A DNA stretch of 63,591 nt, filler included, from Xylographa opegraphella (GCA_022813865.1; 3 parts of 3 records of this genome joined end to end with filler, not necessarily neighbours in it); one strand, 5' to 3'; numbered from the whole stretch's first letter, positions 12,394 to 25,450 are shown. Notes: generated by a model from the letters alone, not told the origin. Translations and numbers: made by a program.

Positions 12394-13956
12394 TCTTGTA
12401 CAGCACGGATTCTGTTCTTGCAGAGAGGATTTATGGAATTCAGGGGAAGAAAAATTGTGTGCCTTCTGAAAGGTGCTCTGGGATGTATAAACGATCCGAC
12501 CCACCTTGAGCTTCAGGAACTCCGCCGCCTCCGCCGCGATGGAGAATCAAACGAGGAGATTGGCTTTTGCGGCAGAACGAGGCTGAGCATATCGTCATCA
12601 AATAGTCAAGTCACAAGTCTACTATTTTTTCGTGCAAGAATCCGACTGCATGATTCACTTGGTGTTACATGATCAAATATGTTGCAAGCTCTCCTGAGAG
12701 GAATATCTGGTAGGGGCATGTGCGGTGGCTGAATTTTCCATGACTGGTCTCTCAACGAAATACACAGCCTTGTTTCCGGCTTTTACTTCAAAGCCATCAA
12801 GCAACCGACAAGTCGAGGCACAGTAAGGCAGTAGAAGCGTCGTCTCGTCCTAATCGTGGTTGTGCTGTAGCCGCTCTACTCCGGAGCGGCTTGGCATAGA
12901 ATGCATATTCAGTCCTACAGGGTCCCATGTCATGTTTTGGTGTCGAACTCCAAAAACTTTGCGGGGAACAGTAAATAATTATTTGTATCTGTTGAAACCG
13001 ATAATTTGCACCAATGTTGTTTTACTACAATTTATCGTAGCTTCCTGGATTCATTGGAGATATTTCGACCACGCCAAAGGTTGTTCGAAGTACACTTTAG
13101 ACTGATTCGGGCGTAACGCGTTTCTTGAAGCGCTTCCATTCCAACCCAACGTTGCAGCGTCGTTGGAAGTGGATCTAGCGGGGTGAGAAGATCTTAATCT
13201 TCAGCATAATCACGTTGCCGGTGCAATAACCCATGTTAAGGTATATGAAGTTGCCATCACAAAAATTGGTTGTAGTCATTTAGGTCTCGCGCCGTTCCTG
13301 TCTGGTCTACACTGTCCTTCCCAGAGGAGGTTAGTTTTTGGTCAACTCCGTGCCCCAATCAACAACAGCTGTGTTCTTATTACACAAACGCTCCCTATCA
13401 TGTTATTTGGGAGACTGTTCGCGGACTTGAGACACGCTAGCGGCAACCGACTATACCTCTATGTAACCATAAGCGTGCGGCAGTGCGGCTCATGGCTTCT
13501 GCTCGATCCGCAATAGCGGTATCAGCTTTGAAGATTCTGGCCTCGAGGCGTAATTGATGTAGGTAAAGACCAGGCCAGGTCGAACGCATTGAGCTGGCCC
13601 ATATTGATCGTTGGCGGCGCTGCTTGCTATGCTTGTTATGCTCGCTATTCTATCGTGGAAGATAACTTCTGCCGAATTATCGATTGTATTATGCGCCCCA
13701 TATTGGACATCGTTAATCCTAGTGATGTTAGATCCATTCAAAATCTGTCGTCAAAACATTGCAACGACACATGAAAGGCTGGGGGCCTGAGTGAGCGACA
13801 TGCTCCCCGATATCTATAAGAAGGATTCTATATCCCAGGGATACCAAAGCAGAACATTCACTCCCAGCTACAAGAGTAATCGGAACCCCAGTCAGAATTG
13901 CGAATTCGTCATACAGCTTTCCAATAGGTGTCTCAATTCTTACCATTCACAACAAA

Positions 13957-14470
13957 ATGCTTTTCACCAAAACCGCACTCGCGACTATGGCGGTATGCCT
14001 GACCTTCGTGGCTGCAAGCGAACCCAATCTTCACGCCCGTGACATCGAGTACGAGATTATGAAACGTGATGCCTATGCAGAAGCCTATGCCGAAGCATAT
14101 GCAGATGCCTCCGACGATATCTGGGCTCGGTCCATCGATGAAGACGAACTCTTTGTTCGGTAAGCATCTTCCCCAGTGTACCCATATAGTACACCACAAG
14201 ATTTCCTACTTCTTCCCGATACTGACTACTCTGTTGGTGATAGTGATCTTTATGCTCGCGCACCACCATTCCATATTCATTCTGATAGTACCGCCACTCA
14301 CACGCCTACCAGTCAGGGTGGCATGTGGGCTGATACCTCATTGACCCCCAAGCCCAACCCACCAGGGCCCAAATCGTCCCGTCATCATCGCCGCTCAGGC
14401 GTCAAATGTACGTTTCTGATGTCGCCCCCGAGCAACTTAAGCTGACTGTGCAGCCTATGATCGTCGTTAA
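13957..14470 (+). CDS. Small secreted prepro-peptide precursor (exons 13957-14159, 14244-14407, 14454-14470)
   Basis: Signal peptide; LHAR/IMKR/IWAR/LFVR/LYAR sites; DA-YA-EA-YA-EA-YA-DA dipeptide run; introns GTAAGC..CTGAC..TAG and GTACGT..CTGAC..CAG join the exons in frame. Confidence 0.8.
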
Positions 14471-15255
14471 ATTCTGCATTCCTGATTGAACGCGGCGAGC
14501 TTGAATCATCGAACGTACCTCGTCTTTCTGTCGTTATTTGCTTTGTCCTCGCAAATAGATCTTCGCGTGTCAGACTATAGTTAGCAGTGTTAGGAATATT
14601 TAGCAAGAAAAGAGAAGTTGTTCTCAACATACACTCTTGGAATCGTCCTATTAGTGCTCAATTATGACAACTCGCACATTCATTGTCGAGAAACAGGGGC
14701 GCTCAACAAACCCAACGACAGAAATAATGACTGAAGCAAATTTCCGAACGAAACAAAGACTTGTTAATATTTTATCGTAGAAAGCACCGTTCGAGCCTTA
14801 CTTCCTCTGAAGATAGCCTGAGTTCCAAAAGTATCATGAAATAAGAAGTGCTGCACATGGGTTTTTTGGTACAGATGAGGTTTCACATGTATCTCAAAAT
14901 AAAAAAAATTGTAGCCCATCTAATGATATCAAATACACTTAGCTATGGTTCGGGAGCACTCCCTTTGGATTTGAATTTGAGATTAGGCTCAGCAACTTGG
15001 TGGTAAATCCATCCGGACTTGCCCTGCTCTGCTTCCCGTCACATTAGCCCGTACAAAATCAACGCATACAAAACCGTAGCCCCGTTCAAGCCAGAAGCCA
15101 TCAAGGGGTATCTTCAAATTTCTTCCAGCACACGCCCATAATTGATAACCCGTTGCCCTAATGAAGCAAAGCAGTTTGAGCTTCTCACAGCATCGCTCCA
15201 ATAGCCCCCGCCATTATTTTGCTTCGTTGGCGTGCATAGACGTGTACTGGAGCGC

Positions 15256-16032
15256 TTAAAATCCGTGAACCTGCGAGGAAGTTAATCTTTCGCTGTGTGT
15301 GGTGAACTAACAGACGGATTACCTTGATGGTCTTGGCATCGAGCCCCAACCCTTCTTTCTTGTCAACAAGGAATTCCTGGACATCTTTGCGCTGGTCTCC
15401 TTGAAGTTGAATCACCTCTCCCATCTCAGTATCGACGACGATGGTACCATTGCAAGCTGGAGTGCTGTGAGTTAGCATCATGAGCAATATCGTTCCTGCA
15501 ACCGGCAGGGTATTAACTTACCAAATTTCTTCTTGATGACCTTGAGGATCTTCTTCTGGTCGAATATCTTCGGCAGTCCTTGGACAGTTGTCAAGGTCTT
15601 ACGACCATTACGTTCTGTGTCGACAATTAGGCTAATTAGCTTCGACGTTCCAGATCCATCATAAAGGCTTGAGCTTGTTCGTGTTTAATGCGCTGGGCTG
15701 TACGCACGCTGGATTCGTATATGAATGTAATTTTGCGATTCTTTACCATCTATGTTGGTATCATCCGCTTCGGCGAAGGGATCTATATGATACGGTCGCA
15801 TTAGCTTGTGATAGCTGTGACACCATTCCAACTTCTCAATTCCGATGACAACCGGGGCTATGACAGGTTATCATCATGATGGACTTAAGAAAGCTGGATT
15901 TATGTTCATTCAGATGTGTAAACAGTTCCTGTCTTATTACCGACTGTGGTACGTGGCTGCTTCGATCTGTGGAAGCGGGGCACGAGAGTGTCTGTCGAAC
16001 TCACCAAATGTTTTCAGGTTTTCGATTGACAT
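15256..16032 (-). CDS. SUI1: Translation initiation factor eIF1 (multi-exon)
   Basis: MSIENLKTF|DPFAEAD...IHIRIQQRNGRKTLTTVQGLP...FACNGTIV...GEVIQLQGDQRKDV...KVHGF*. Confidence 0.95.
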
Positions 16033-16288
16033 AAACTCGTGTGTATTGAAGACTCTATGTAAGAGATTTCTGTGATAGGATACGAGTGTAAAATTGAGGG
16101 AAGGTCTGATATGATGCCTTTGTGAGTCGGTGGATTGTGGAGTGAGGATGCTTGTTAGAGTGAGGTTGTGTTCGGGCGCCTTCGAGTGGACAAAATGGAG
16201 GGGAGACTTGCCTCATTCTCCCAGATGTGGCTCACTAAGCCATTGTGGGTTAGTGCTATGATATTGCTGACTAACGAGCTAGGAGCGA

Positions 16289-16312
16289 ACACGTCTGAGG
16301 TACTGAGGCAAC
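16289..16312 (+). promoter_or_regulatory. ACACGTCTGAGGTACTGAGGCAAC motif upstream of SUI1, at the edge of an AT block
   Basis: Nearly identical to 3109-3135 and similar to 18990-19009. Confidence 0.55.
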
Positions 16313-16349
16313 GTAGAAAAAAGAACTCGTGGCCAGGTGCGTTAAACAG

Positions 16350-18950
16350 TATTAAAATGAAAAACAAATATTTTTAATTAATATGCAAAAAATCTGTCTT
16401 TATAAATTGAACTTTATTAAATTCATTGACTTCAATTTCAGATTACATTTTATATAAATAATTTTTTACAATAAATAAAGTTTAAGATTATATATAATAT
16501 AAAATATTAATTTATATATTTCGTTTAATAATTGGTTGGCAATTGCTTAACGAAAACAGTTTTTTATAATAAAATTAGCTTTAATATATTTTTAAAAAAT
16601 AAATTATATTTAATAATATAATAATATTATTTATAATATTAACTATAAGTTTTTATATACGATTATGATATTATAACATTAAAATTAAAATTTAATTTGA
16701 ATTTGCATTAAACTCAATTTTATACTGGAAAAAATTCGTATTTAATCAAAATTAATATTTAATTAATATTGATATTCAATTAATATTCATATTAAATTTG
16801 AATTTAAATTTCAAGTTCAATAATTACGATTTAAAAATATTTTTGTTAGAAATAGAGTCCCGGCCTGCCTGCAGGATAGCGAGAGCTGCTAAGCGAGAGC
16901 TCGGGNNNNNNTAGGCCCGGTGACGCTAGTGCGCGAGCATATAGTCTCGTAGTTGTTCATAGCTAATACAACACACTTCTTTACCCATATATTCTGCTAG
17001 AATGACCACTGCGCTTCAGTACCCATCGTACCTTTCAACAACTATTACTATTTATTATTTTATTAATAAATTCGACGATAATATTAATATCGTAAAGAAA
17101 CTCGAGGGTTCAACCATTATAAATATAATTAATATTAAAATATTTTCGAAAAATTATATATAATAAATTAGTAGTAATATATTCTCGATTTCAAAAGTTT
17201 TAAAAAGTATAAAATATAGAAAAATTATTTATGAAAAATTTATAATCGATTATATAATTAAATATATTAATGGTCGTCGAATCGAAAAAACAGCGACAAT
17301 TAATATTAAACATAAAAATTTATTAAACGATTTTGCTGGCATCGAAATCAACGATAACGTTGAAAATTGATAATTATACGTTAAAATTTTAAGCTTAAAT
17401 AAACTTATTAAAAGTAAACTTAACGATAATAAAACCTTAAATGATATAAAAATATAATTAACAACGAAAGTATAATAAATCATATCGTAAAATATTATGT
17501 TAACCTTATTTTAATTTAAATTAATTTTTATAATTTTTGGTTAATTTTATATATAGCGACGGATACTTAAATGTTTATTAAAAAATTAAAAAAATTTCGG
17601 GCCGTTTAATTAAAAAAGTTAAACTACGATTATTTTAACGTATAAAAAATCAATTTAAAATTATTAATTATTATTAATTTTAACGAAAAAGTTGATTACT
17701 TTGAGTTTAATTATAATTTATTATATCGCGATTTTATTACTTAGCTAAAGTTGAATATAATAAACGATCAATATTATTATAAAATTAATAATAAATGGAA
17801 AAGGGTATTAAATGTAAAAAATAAATACAACGACCTTTTAAATTATGTAAAAATCAATAACGAATAAATATAAATTAAGTCTAAAAACGATACAAAAAAT
17901 TAAAACCTTTAACGATATAAATAAAAAACTATTTTTATCGAGTCGTTTTTATATTATAATATATTTAATAATAATTAAAAATAAAAAAACGTTAATATTA
18001 TCGAGGGTTGAATATGGTTATTTATTGCATTCGATATTAAAAGCGTATGAATAATATTGAATTTTATAATTATTATATTAAATTCAAAGTAATCGATTCG
18101 ATAAAAAATCGAGTATAATATATAGCTAAATATAATAACGCTTAATTTAAATAAGATAAAAAAAAACAATGCGTTAATTTTATTAAATTTACTATAAATA
18201 ACTATAATAAAAATGTTAATATAACGTAAAATATATTTTAATCGATAATATAATTAAAAATAAAAGAATTAATTTAATTAATAATCGTCAAAATATATAA
18301 TTAATATCAATTAATTATAACATGCGTTCAAAATTAGTTTAAAACATTAATAATTATTTAAAAAATTTATAAATCGAGATTACGATCATTAAAATTTGAA
18401 GTTTTTTAAATCGCTTCAAACTCTTTGAATCAATATTTATTTAAAAATATAAGCAAGATAATTTTACACTTTATATTTAAAATTTAAATAATCGAATATT
18501 TTTTATTTTGCAAAAAAATCGAATACTCGTATACGAGCGTAATACACACACGGGCGCAATATATATATAAATATAATATATATACGGGCGCAAGATTTTA
18601 TATTAAGATATTTTTTTAATTTTGATTTTTCAACTCGCTGCGTTCGACCCTGATTAAATAATTTATTTTAAATAATTTAATCGTTAAATTTTTCAACGCG
18701 TTGTGCTGTTTTTTATTGCAAATACGTACGTGAGGGGGGAATAAATGAATTTTTTGAAAAATTAAAAAGCATTCGGTTCTTGAAATTCTAAATACAAAAT
18801 ATATAATTTTTTTCCCCTAAAATAAATTATAAATTTAAATACATAATGTACGCGATTTTTGTATTAAATAAGCAAAATAACGATAAATTTCCAGAAATAT
18901 ACGAAGTTGAACTCAAACGTGTTTTCAGCAATAAATTAACTCGAAGGGAC
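16350..18950. mobile_element. AT-rich RIP-degraded insertion between SUI1 and IFA38
   Basis: AT-rich, no real ORFs; its right end is homologous to 2945-3104. Confidence 0.75.
16844..17040. mobile_element. Solo-LTR-like family F (single copy)
   Basis: GC-balanced island TGTTAGAAA...TTTCAACA in AT-rich DNA; no clear TSD. Confidence 0.65.
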
Positions 18951-19074
18951 TTAGCGACGAACGCTAATTCGACGGGGCTTGATACACCCCGTCTGAAGGA
19001 CTGAGGCAAGTAACAGGTGCCTCGCTTCTAAGGTGTGAAGTTTACCTGTTTTAACGTACGATATAATCCCCAAT

Positions 19075-20196
19075 ATGAGCAGAGTTATTCAGGAGTTGAC
19101 AATACTGTTTCGGGTGCAATTACAGAACATGTTCAACATTTGGCAAGGTGTAAATCTCGTTGTGATTGCTCTTTCCCTTATTGGGCTCGCTTTTATGGCT
19201 GTCAAGATTTTGAGCTTCGTGCGGTTGCTACTAAGCCTATTTATCATTCCCGGCAAAGCAGTTAGTAAAGCACGAATTCTATCTGTGCAATTATCCTTTT
19301 TGCTGACCATGCTACTCCAGCTCCCCGATTTTGGTCGTGCTGGAAGTTGGGCTTTGGTTACAGGTGCTTCTGATGGTATCGGAAGAGAATTTGCTTTGCA
19401 GCTTGCCCGTAGCGGCTTTAACATTGTGCTTGTCTCACGCACGGCTTCCAAGCTGGAAAATATAGCGAAGGAGATTGAGTCTCTCCAGATGTACTCTGGT
19501 TCAAAGAGCAGTGCCAAAACACTAGCGATGGACTTCGCTGCCGACAACGACTCCGATTACGCACGCTTACAGTCCCTCATCAATGGCCTTGATATTGCCA
19601 TCCTGATCAACAATGTTGGCAAGAGCCATGATATCCCTGTTCCTTTTGCGCAAACCTCCTACACAGAGATGAGTGACATCATAACCATCAACTGCATGGG
19701 TACTCTACGTGTCACATCTCTCGTTTTGTCCGGTATGATATCACGAAAACGAGGCCTGGTTCTCACTATGGGCTCTTTCGGAGGCTTGCTCCCTACCCCT
19801 TTATTGGCAACATATTCTGGAAGCAAAGCATTCTTACAGCAATGGTCCTCTGCATTGGGTGCGGAGGTTGCTCGATACAATATTACAGTGGAGCTTGTCC
19901 AAAGCTATTTAGTTACCTCTGCGATGTCGAAGATCCGCAAACCTACCGCAACCATTCCCACACCGAAAGATTTCGTAGAGGCTGTTCTGGACAAATTGGG
20001 TCGAAGTGGAGGAGCGCAGGGCTGGGCTTACACGAGCACTCCGTACTGGTCTCACGCCATTATGCAGTGGGCTTTGGGATCATCAATAGGTTTCACAAAT
20101 TCGTTGGTGGTTGGCCAGAATAAAGCATTTCATGAAATTATTCGTAGAAAGGCTTTGAAAAAACAAGAACGCGAAACTGAAAAAAAACTGGTATAA
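19075..20196 (+). CDS. IFA38: Very-long-chain 3-oxoacyl-CoA reductase (in-frame intron ~19261-19320)
   Basis: [34 protein letters not shown] (YxxxK), [16 protein letters not shown]. Confidence 0.93.
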   Translation: MSRVIQELTILFRVQLQNMFNIWQGVNLVVIALSLIGLAFMAVKILSFVRLLLSLFIIPGKAVSKARILSVQLSFLLTMLLQLPDFGRAGSWALVTGASDGIGREFALQLARSGFNIVLVSRTASKLENIAKEIESLQMYSGSKSSAKTLAMDFAADNDSDYARLQSLINGLDIAILINNVGKSHDIPVPFAQTSYTEMSDIITINCMGTLRVTSLVLSGMISRKRGLVLTMGSFGGLLPTPLLATYSGSKAFLQQWSSALGAEVARYNITVELVQSYLVTSAMSKIRKPTATIPTPKDFVEAVLDKLGRSGGAQGWAYTSTPYWSHAIMQWALGSSIGFTNSLVVGQNKAFHEIIRRKALKKQERETEKKLV

Positions 20197-20463
20197 TATA
20201 GAAAATGAATATAAATTCACATGAAACATTGTTTCATAAATATTTCAAGAATAAATTTATAAAATTATTAAATTAATAAATACGTCGTTATTAACGTAAT
20301 AATATATTTTTATATAATATTGAAAATTATTGATTATTTGAATAAAAAATAAAGTATTAATCAAGGAATACGCGAGACGCGGGTAAAAAATTTATTATAA
20401 TAAATTAAAAATAACGATAAAATATAATAAAATACATATTTTAATTTTTATAATATAAAAATT

Positions 20464-20680
20464 TGTTACAGTCATGGCTTGCAAGGCTTTGATTTGTCTG
20501 TTTACCTGTTTGTTTATTTGTTTGACTACAAAGCTCTTGCCCTATTTCGTTGTTCAATAAAAAAACTTTTTGCCTAATTAAAGAACTTTATATATATAAA
20601 TAAAGTTTTCGGCTTTGTAGATCATTGATTTTTTATTCTATATTATACTTACTTTATTTTTAATCGTAGTTATAATATAT
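20464..20680. mobile_element. Partly RIP-mutated LTR-like island (family G)
   Basis: Starts TGTTACAG; locally higher GC; right end uncertain. Confidence 0.4.
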
Positions 20681-21151
20681 AGTAGTATTATTTAATCATC
20701 AAGAAATTATTTATTTTTTAAAAATACGCCTATTAATATAATCGCTTTAGTTTAATTTATGTTTCGCCGCCTAAATTAAATGCATTAAAATACAATTTTA
20801 TAAAGATTTAACTTTTTAATAAAATTATTTTAATTATATTTAATCGAATTTCTTATTAAATATTTATATTTTTAATACTTTATTCTTAATTATAATACTA
20901 ACTTTATCGTTCCAGCTTTATTATATTAACTGCGATAAAAATTCGCTTTTACAAACTCGATATTAAAATAATTTAATAAAAGTCTTTTTTAAATTTTTAC
21001 TATTAATTTTTTAAATCGATTTTTTTTAATAAACTCGTTGATTTATTTTCGTATTTTTGCAGTTTCGCTTTTATAAATTTATTGAATTTATACGACCTGA
21101 ATTTTTGTTAAATATTTATACTTTTAATAGCTTTATATTTAATTACAGTAT

Positions 21152-21594
21152 TGTTGAATTTAATCACTAGGCACAGGGGTTTTGGCAGCAAATAGCAGTG
21201 CATTGCTTAATCACTAGAAAGATAACGAGTACTCCTGAAACTGAGGCTTCAGAAAACTCTTCGTGTTACGGCTCGCTATCTCACCAGAAAAGCAGGCCTA
21301 GAACCTCAGCTATAGGTGAGCGATTTCAACCTAGAATAATATAAGGAAGCAAGTTTAGTAATACACGTAGAAGTTAAAATAAACAGTGCTAACGCCAAGA
21401 CTCCTANNNNNNNNNNNNNNNNNNNNNNNNNNNNNNNNNNNNNNNNNCCGGACGCGCTTTAGTCCCGTTCCGTCTATCACTTGTTAAGGTGCCATGTAAC
21501 ACGCCGTTACACTTCGAGTCCTGACCTAAGCTAGTCCTAATTGGCTATAGTACAAAAAGACAACACAGGCTGTTAACCCCCTGAATTGTCAACG
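21152..21594 (+). mobile_element. Solo-LTR-like family D copy interrupted by a family B insertion
   Basis: TGTTGAA...GTCAACG; perfect TSD AGTAT; homologous to 23308-23494 and 33933-34122. Confidence 0.88.
21264..21511 (+). mobile_element. Solo-LTR-like family B copy nested in family D
   Basis: TGTTACGG...CCGTTACA with perfect TSD CTTCG. Confidence 0.9.
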
Positions 21595-22427
21595 AGTATT
21601 AATTTTATCGTATTAATTTTACCGTATTAATTTCGATAAAAATCAGTTACTTCGAGTTTAATATTTCGTAAATTTTTTAATTAAATATCAAAATTTTTTA
21701 ATATTTCAGCTAGTTATATAAATTCTGGTTTATTTTATTTATATTTTTTTGAATTAATTACTTTAAATTTTAATTTACCTTATTTAATTACCTTCGTTTT
21801 ATTTCTGTATTAATTACTAAATTTCTAGATATAAAAATCGAGAATCAGTTAATTATTTTAATTTATTTATAACTTTTTTATTGTTCATTTATATTATTAT
21901 TAAATTACTTTCGTTCTACGAAAACGTATTTACTGGAAATTTTTTAATAATTTTAATTATTCTTCTTCTTTTAAATAGCAGCTATTAAATCATTATTACT
22001 ATTTAGAATATTTTTTGCCCCAGAAATAAAATAAAAGATTATATATAATATTCGCGTTGTAATAGCCGTAATTTTTGCAGCTTTAAAATTTTTATTATTA
22101 TATTTATATTTATTAATATTCAATAATTTCTTGTATCGTAAATATTATTTAAATTTTCCTTTCAAAATTTAGCCATTGAAGCATATTCGAGCTCGCTTTT
22201 AATGCAATAAAATTAATATATTTATAACGATTAAATTTAATTTATTACGTTTTAAACCTTTCGTATAAAATTTACTAAAAATTTTTACTTTTAGTATTTT
22301 AAACTTAAGTAAAATAATAATTTGTAATTAGCTTTTATTTGCCTTGAAATTATTACAATTAAATAATAATAATAATAATAATAATAAATATAGATAAAAC
22401 TCGAATTCTTTCTATAAGTTCACCAGG

Positions 22428-22487
22428 TGTTACGATCCTGCCTCTCACTAGTATAGTTCGATTAGGGATCTGGGTTGGATTCGTCAA
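22428..22487 (-). mobile_element. Family C end, truncated at a contig break
   Basis: Reverse complement of the last 60 bp of 10354-10700. Confidence 0.85.
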
Positions 22488-22587
22488 NNNNNNNNNNNNN
22501 NNNNNNNNNNNNNNNNNNNNNNNNNNNNNNNTTAATTAATTAANNNNNNNNNNNNNNNNNNNNNNNNNNNNNNNNNNNNNNNNNNNN
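22488..22587. other. Artificial scaffold spacer N44-TTAATTAATTAA-N44
   Basis: Exactly 100 bp with a six-frame-stop linker; repeated at 44885-44984. Confidence 0.92.
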
Positions 22588-22810
22588 AAAGAAAATAAAG
22601 AAAATAAAGAAAATAAAGAAAATAAAGAAAATAAAGAAAATAAAGAAAATAGAGAAAATAAAGGAAATAAAGAAAATAAAGAAAATGAAGAAAATAAAGA
22701 AAATAAAGGAAATAAAGAAAATGAAGAAAATGAAGAAAATAAAGAAAATGAAGAAAATAAAGAAAATAAAGAAAATAAAGAAAATGAAGAAAATAAAGAA
22801 AATAAATAAA
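22588..22810. repeat. 9-bp minisatellite (AAAGAAAAT)n
   Basis: Direct tandem repeats with occasional G variants. Confidence 0.9.
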
Positions 22811-23307
22811 ATAGCGAAAATTATATATAAATCGTAATTTAATAAAATGCCGGGGCTATTCGATATTTTTGATAAAAGATTTTAAATTGATATTTTGACT
22901 TCAAAATTATTTTTATTTCATTTATTTAACGTATATATTAAAATAGTATATTATTAATTTCGTTATAAAAAACCAATATTATAACCCTTCGTAAATTGAG
23001 GAAAAGAAATTATATAAATTTATCGTTTTTTTAATATAATGAAAAAGGCTTTAAAATTAATTATCGTAATAAAAATTAACGATTTAACAAAAAAATATTT
23101 TTATTTTTAACTTATGAATTAAAGGCGAGACGCGAGCGATTTATTAAAATGAGGCTAAATTACTTTATAAAATCAATCTATACAATATAAAGTAAAAATA
23201 ACGATTACACAGCGACGATATTAAATTTGAATATTAATAGCGTTTTTAATAACGTATTTTATTAACGACTGCTATATAATTTGCGTAAATAAAATTTTAA
23301 AAGATTA

Positions 23308-23494
23308 TATTGAAACTAATCACTAGGCGCAGGTAATGGCAGCAGGTAACAGTGCATTGCTTAATCACTAAGAAGGTGAAGAGTTCTTCTGGAGACGGGG
23401 CTCCAGAAGACTCCTCTAGTTCTGCACTAAGCTAGGCCTAATCGGCTATAGTACAGGACCAACAACACAGACTGCTAACGCCCTGATTTCAACA
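23308..23494 (+). mobile_element. Solo-LTR-like family D (diverged copy)
   Basis: TATTGAAA (TG>TA)...TTTCAACA; perfect TSD GATTA. Confidence 0.85.
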
Positions 23495-25450
23495 GATTAA
23501 TAATTATTTTTAATATTTAATAAATAAATAAACGTTATAAAAAATGACGTTAACGTCGAAATCTTGCAGGGGTTATTAATTTTTATTAATACAATTTTTA
23601 TTTTTAACGTAAATTTATTCGATAATTATAATAAACTAAGTTTAAAAGTTATATTTATAAATTTCGTAAACGACGTTAACATATTAATTTACGATCGTTT
23701 AATTTAAGAAAACATAAAATCTTAATTAAAATATATAAAAAATATACGACGTAAACGAGTAAATATAACGTTATTTTCGCGCTCGAGAAATATAAACTTA
23801 TTTATCTTTTGTATATTTTTAAAATATTTAACAAAGCAGCGACATTATAAACGACGAAAATGATTATTAATTTAAAAAATATTAAAATTTTAGGCGTTTA
23901 AATTAATATAAAATTAAATAAAACGTATATTTACGAAATATAAACATTAAAAACATGATATAAATACTGGCGATATTTAAATTAAATAATTTTATTTAAA
24001 AATAACTTTCGCGAAGGCAAGATAAATATATAATATAATAATTAAATCGATGATTATATATAAAATGACGGTATAATATAAGCGAAACGATATTAAAGAA
24101 TTAGTGAAAATAAAAAACGAGTCGAAATTTTATAAAATCAAGGGCTACGAAATATAATAAAAAAAATTAAAATTAAAAAATTATAATTAAAAATATTCGT
24201 ACCCCCGATTAAATTATATTTTACCAGATCTAAAATTACGCGATTTTACGTATATGAAATATCAATAAAACGTCGAAAATAAATAAAATTTACGATAAAA
24301 CTAAAATAAAAATTAAAATTCGGTCAAAATATACAATTTTAAACAAAAAAACCGAATTTTAAAAGAAATAATTAATAAAAAATATTATACTATTAACTAC
24401 GAAAAACGTATACATAACGTTATCGAAAAAAATTATAATAATCGCTTATTAAATCGAATAAAATAAAAAATAGATTAAAAATTAAAAAAACGAACAAAAT
24501 ACCGTCGTAAGGATATTTTTTCCACAAAAAAGCGATAAAGTTATAAAACGGGTTTTACAAAGTAAAAAATACGTTAACGATATATATTAAAATAAAATAA
24601 TTAATTTAAAAACGTATTTATCGTCGAAATTTTTTTTAATTATAAATTATTATATAAAACGAAAGGCTATGATCAATTACAAATAGTCTAATATATATTA
24701 ACGCAGTACAAAATTTTAACGGCGCTAAGAACGTATAAAAAACGATTTAAATATTATTAAACCTTCAAATTATCGAAATTTAATTAAATTTATTACGCAA
24801 TTTCGAGCGACGATTAAAATATTAATATATACAAAACTGTTAAAATAATTTTTGATAGCGAAAATATTTTTTAACGAAAGCGATTAAATTAATAAATAAA
24901 TGAATATAAATATGTAAGGCAGCGCAATCGCGACAAGAGGTGTTTACATATAAATTAAGAGAATAACTTTTTCCTTAAAGTATTTTGTTCATATAGCCAT
25001 TGAATAAATTTCTTAATAAATCGATTAAAGTCGATATTATGAAAGTGTATGAATATTACTATTGTAAAATTGTTATTTTAATCGTTCTTTAAATCGTTTT
25101 CTTAAATTTAACTGCGTAATTTTTAATATTTTTAATTATAATTAAAGTTTTGAAGTTTTTAGCGAGATTTATAATTTTTTATTATAAATTTTTTAGAAGA
25201 TTATTCAAATTGATTGTTTTTCTTAAACTTTTATTATATTATCGCGGCGTTAATTATACGTAAATTTATCTCCGTTAAAATTATAAAAGATTTAATTTAT
25301 AATATATATATTTTAAATTTATCATTTTTTTAATTTTTTAGTAGATTATTCGTTTATAAATATTAAATTAATAATTATTTTTTATTAATTTATTTATTTC
25401 GTAATTGGTCTTTATAAAAACGGTAATTAAAGTTTCGTCGTCGTAGCGAT

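Noticed and set aside
22532..22543. Palindromic TTAATTAATTAA between N runs (also 44929-44940)
   Set aside because: Artificial 100-bp scaffolding spacer with stops in all frames; adjacency across it is unverified.
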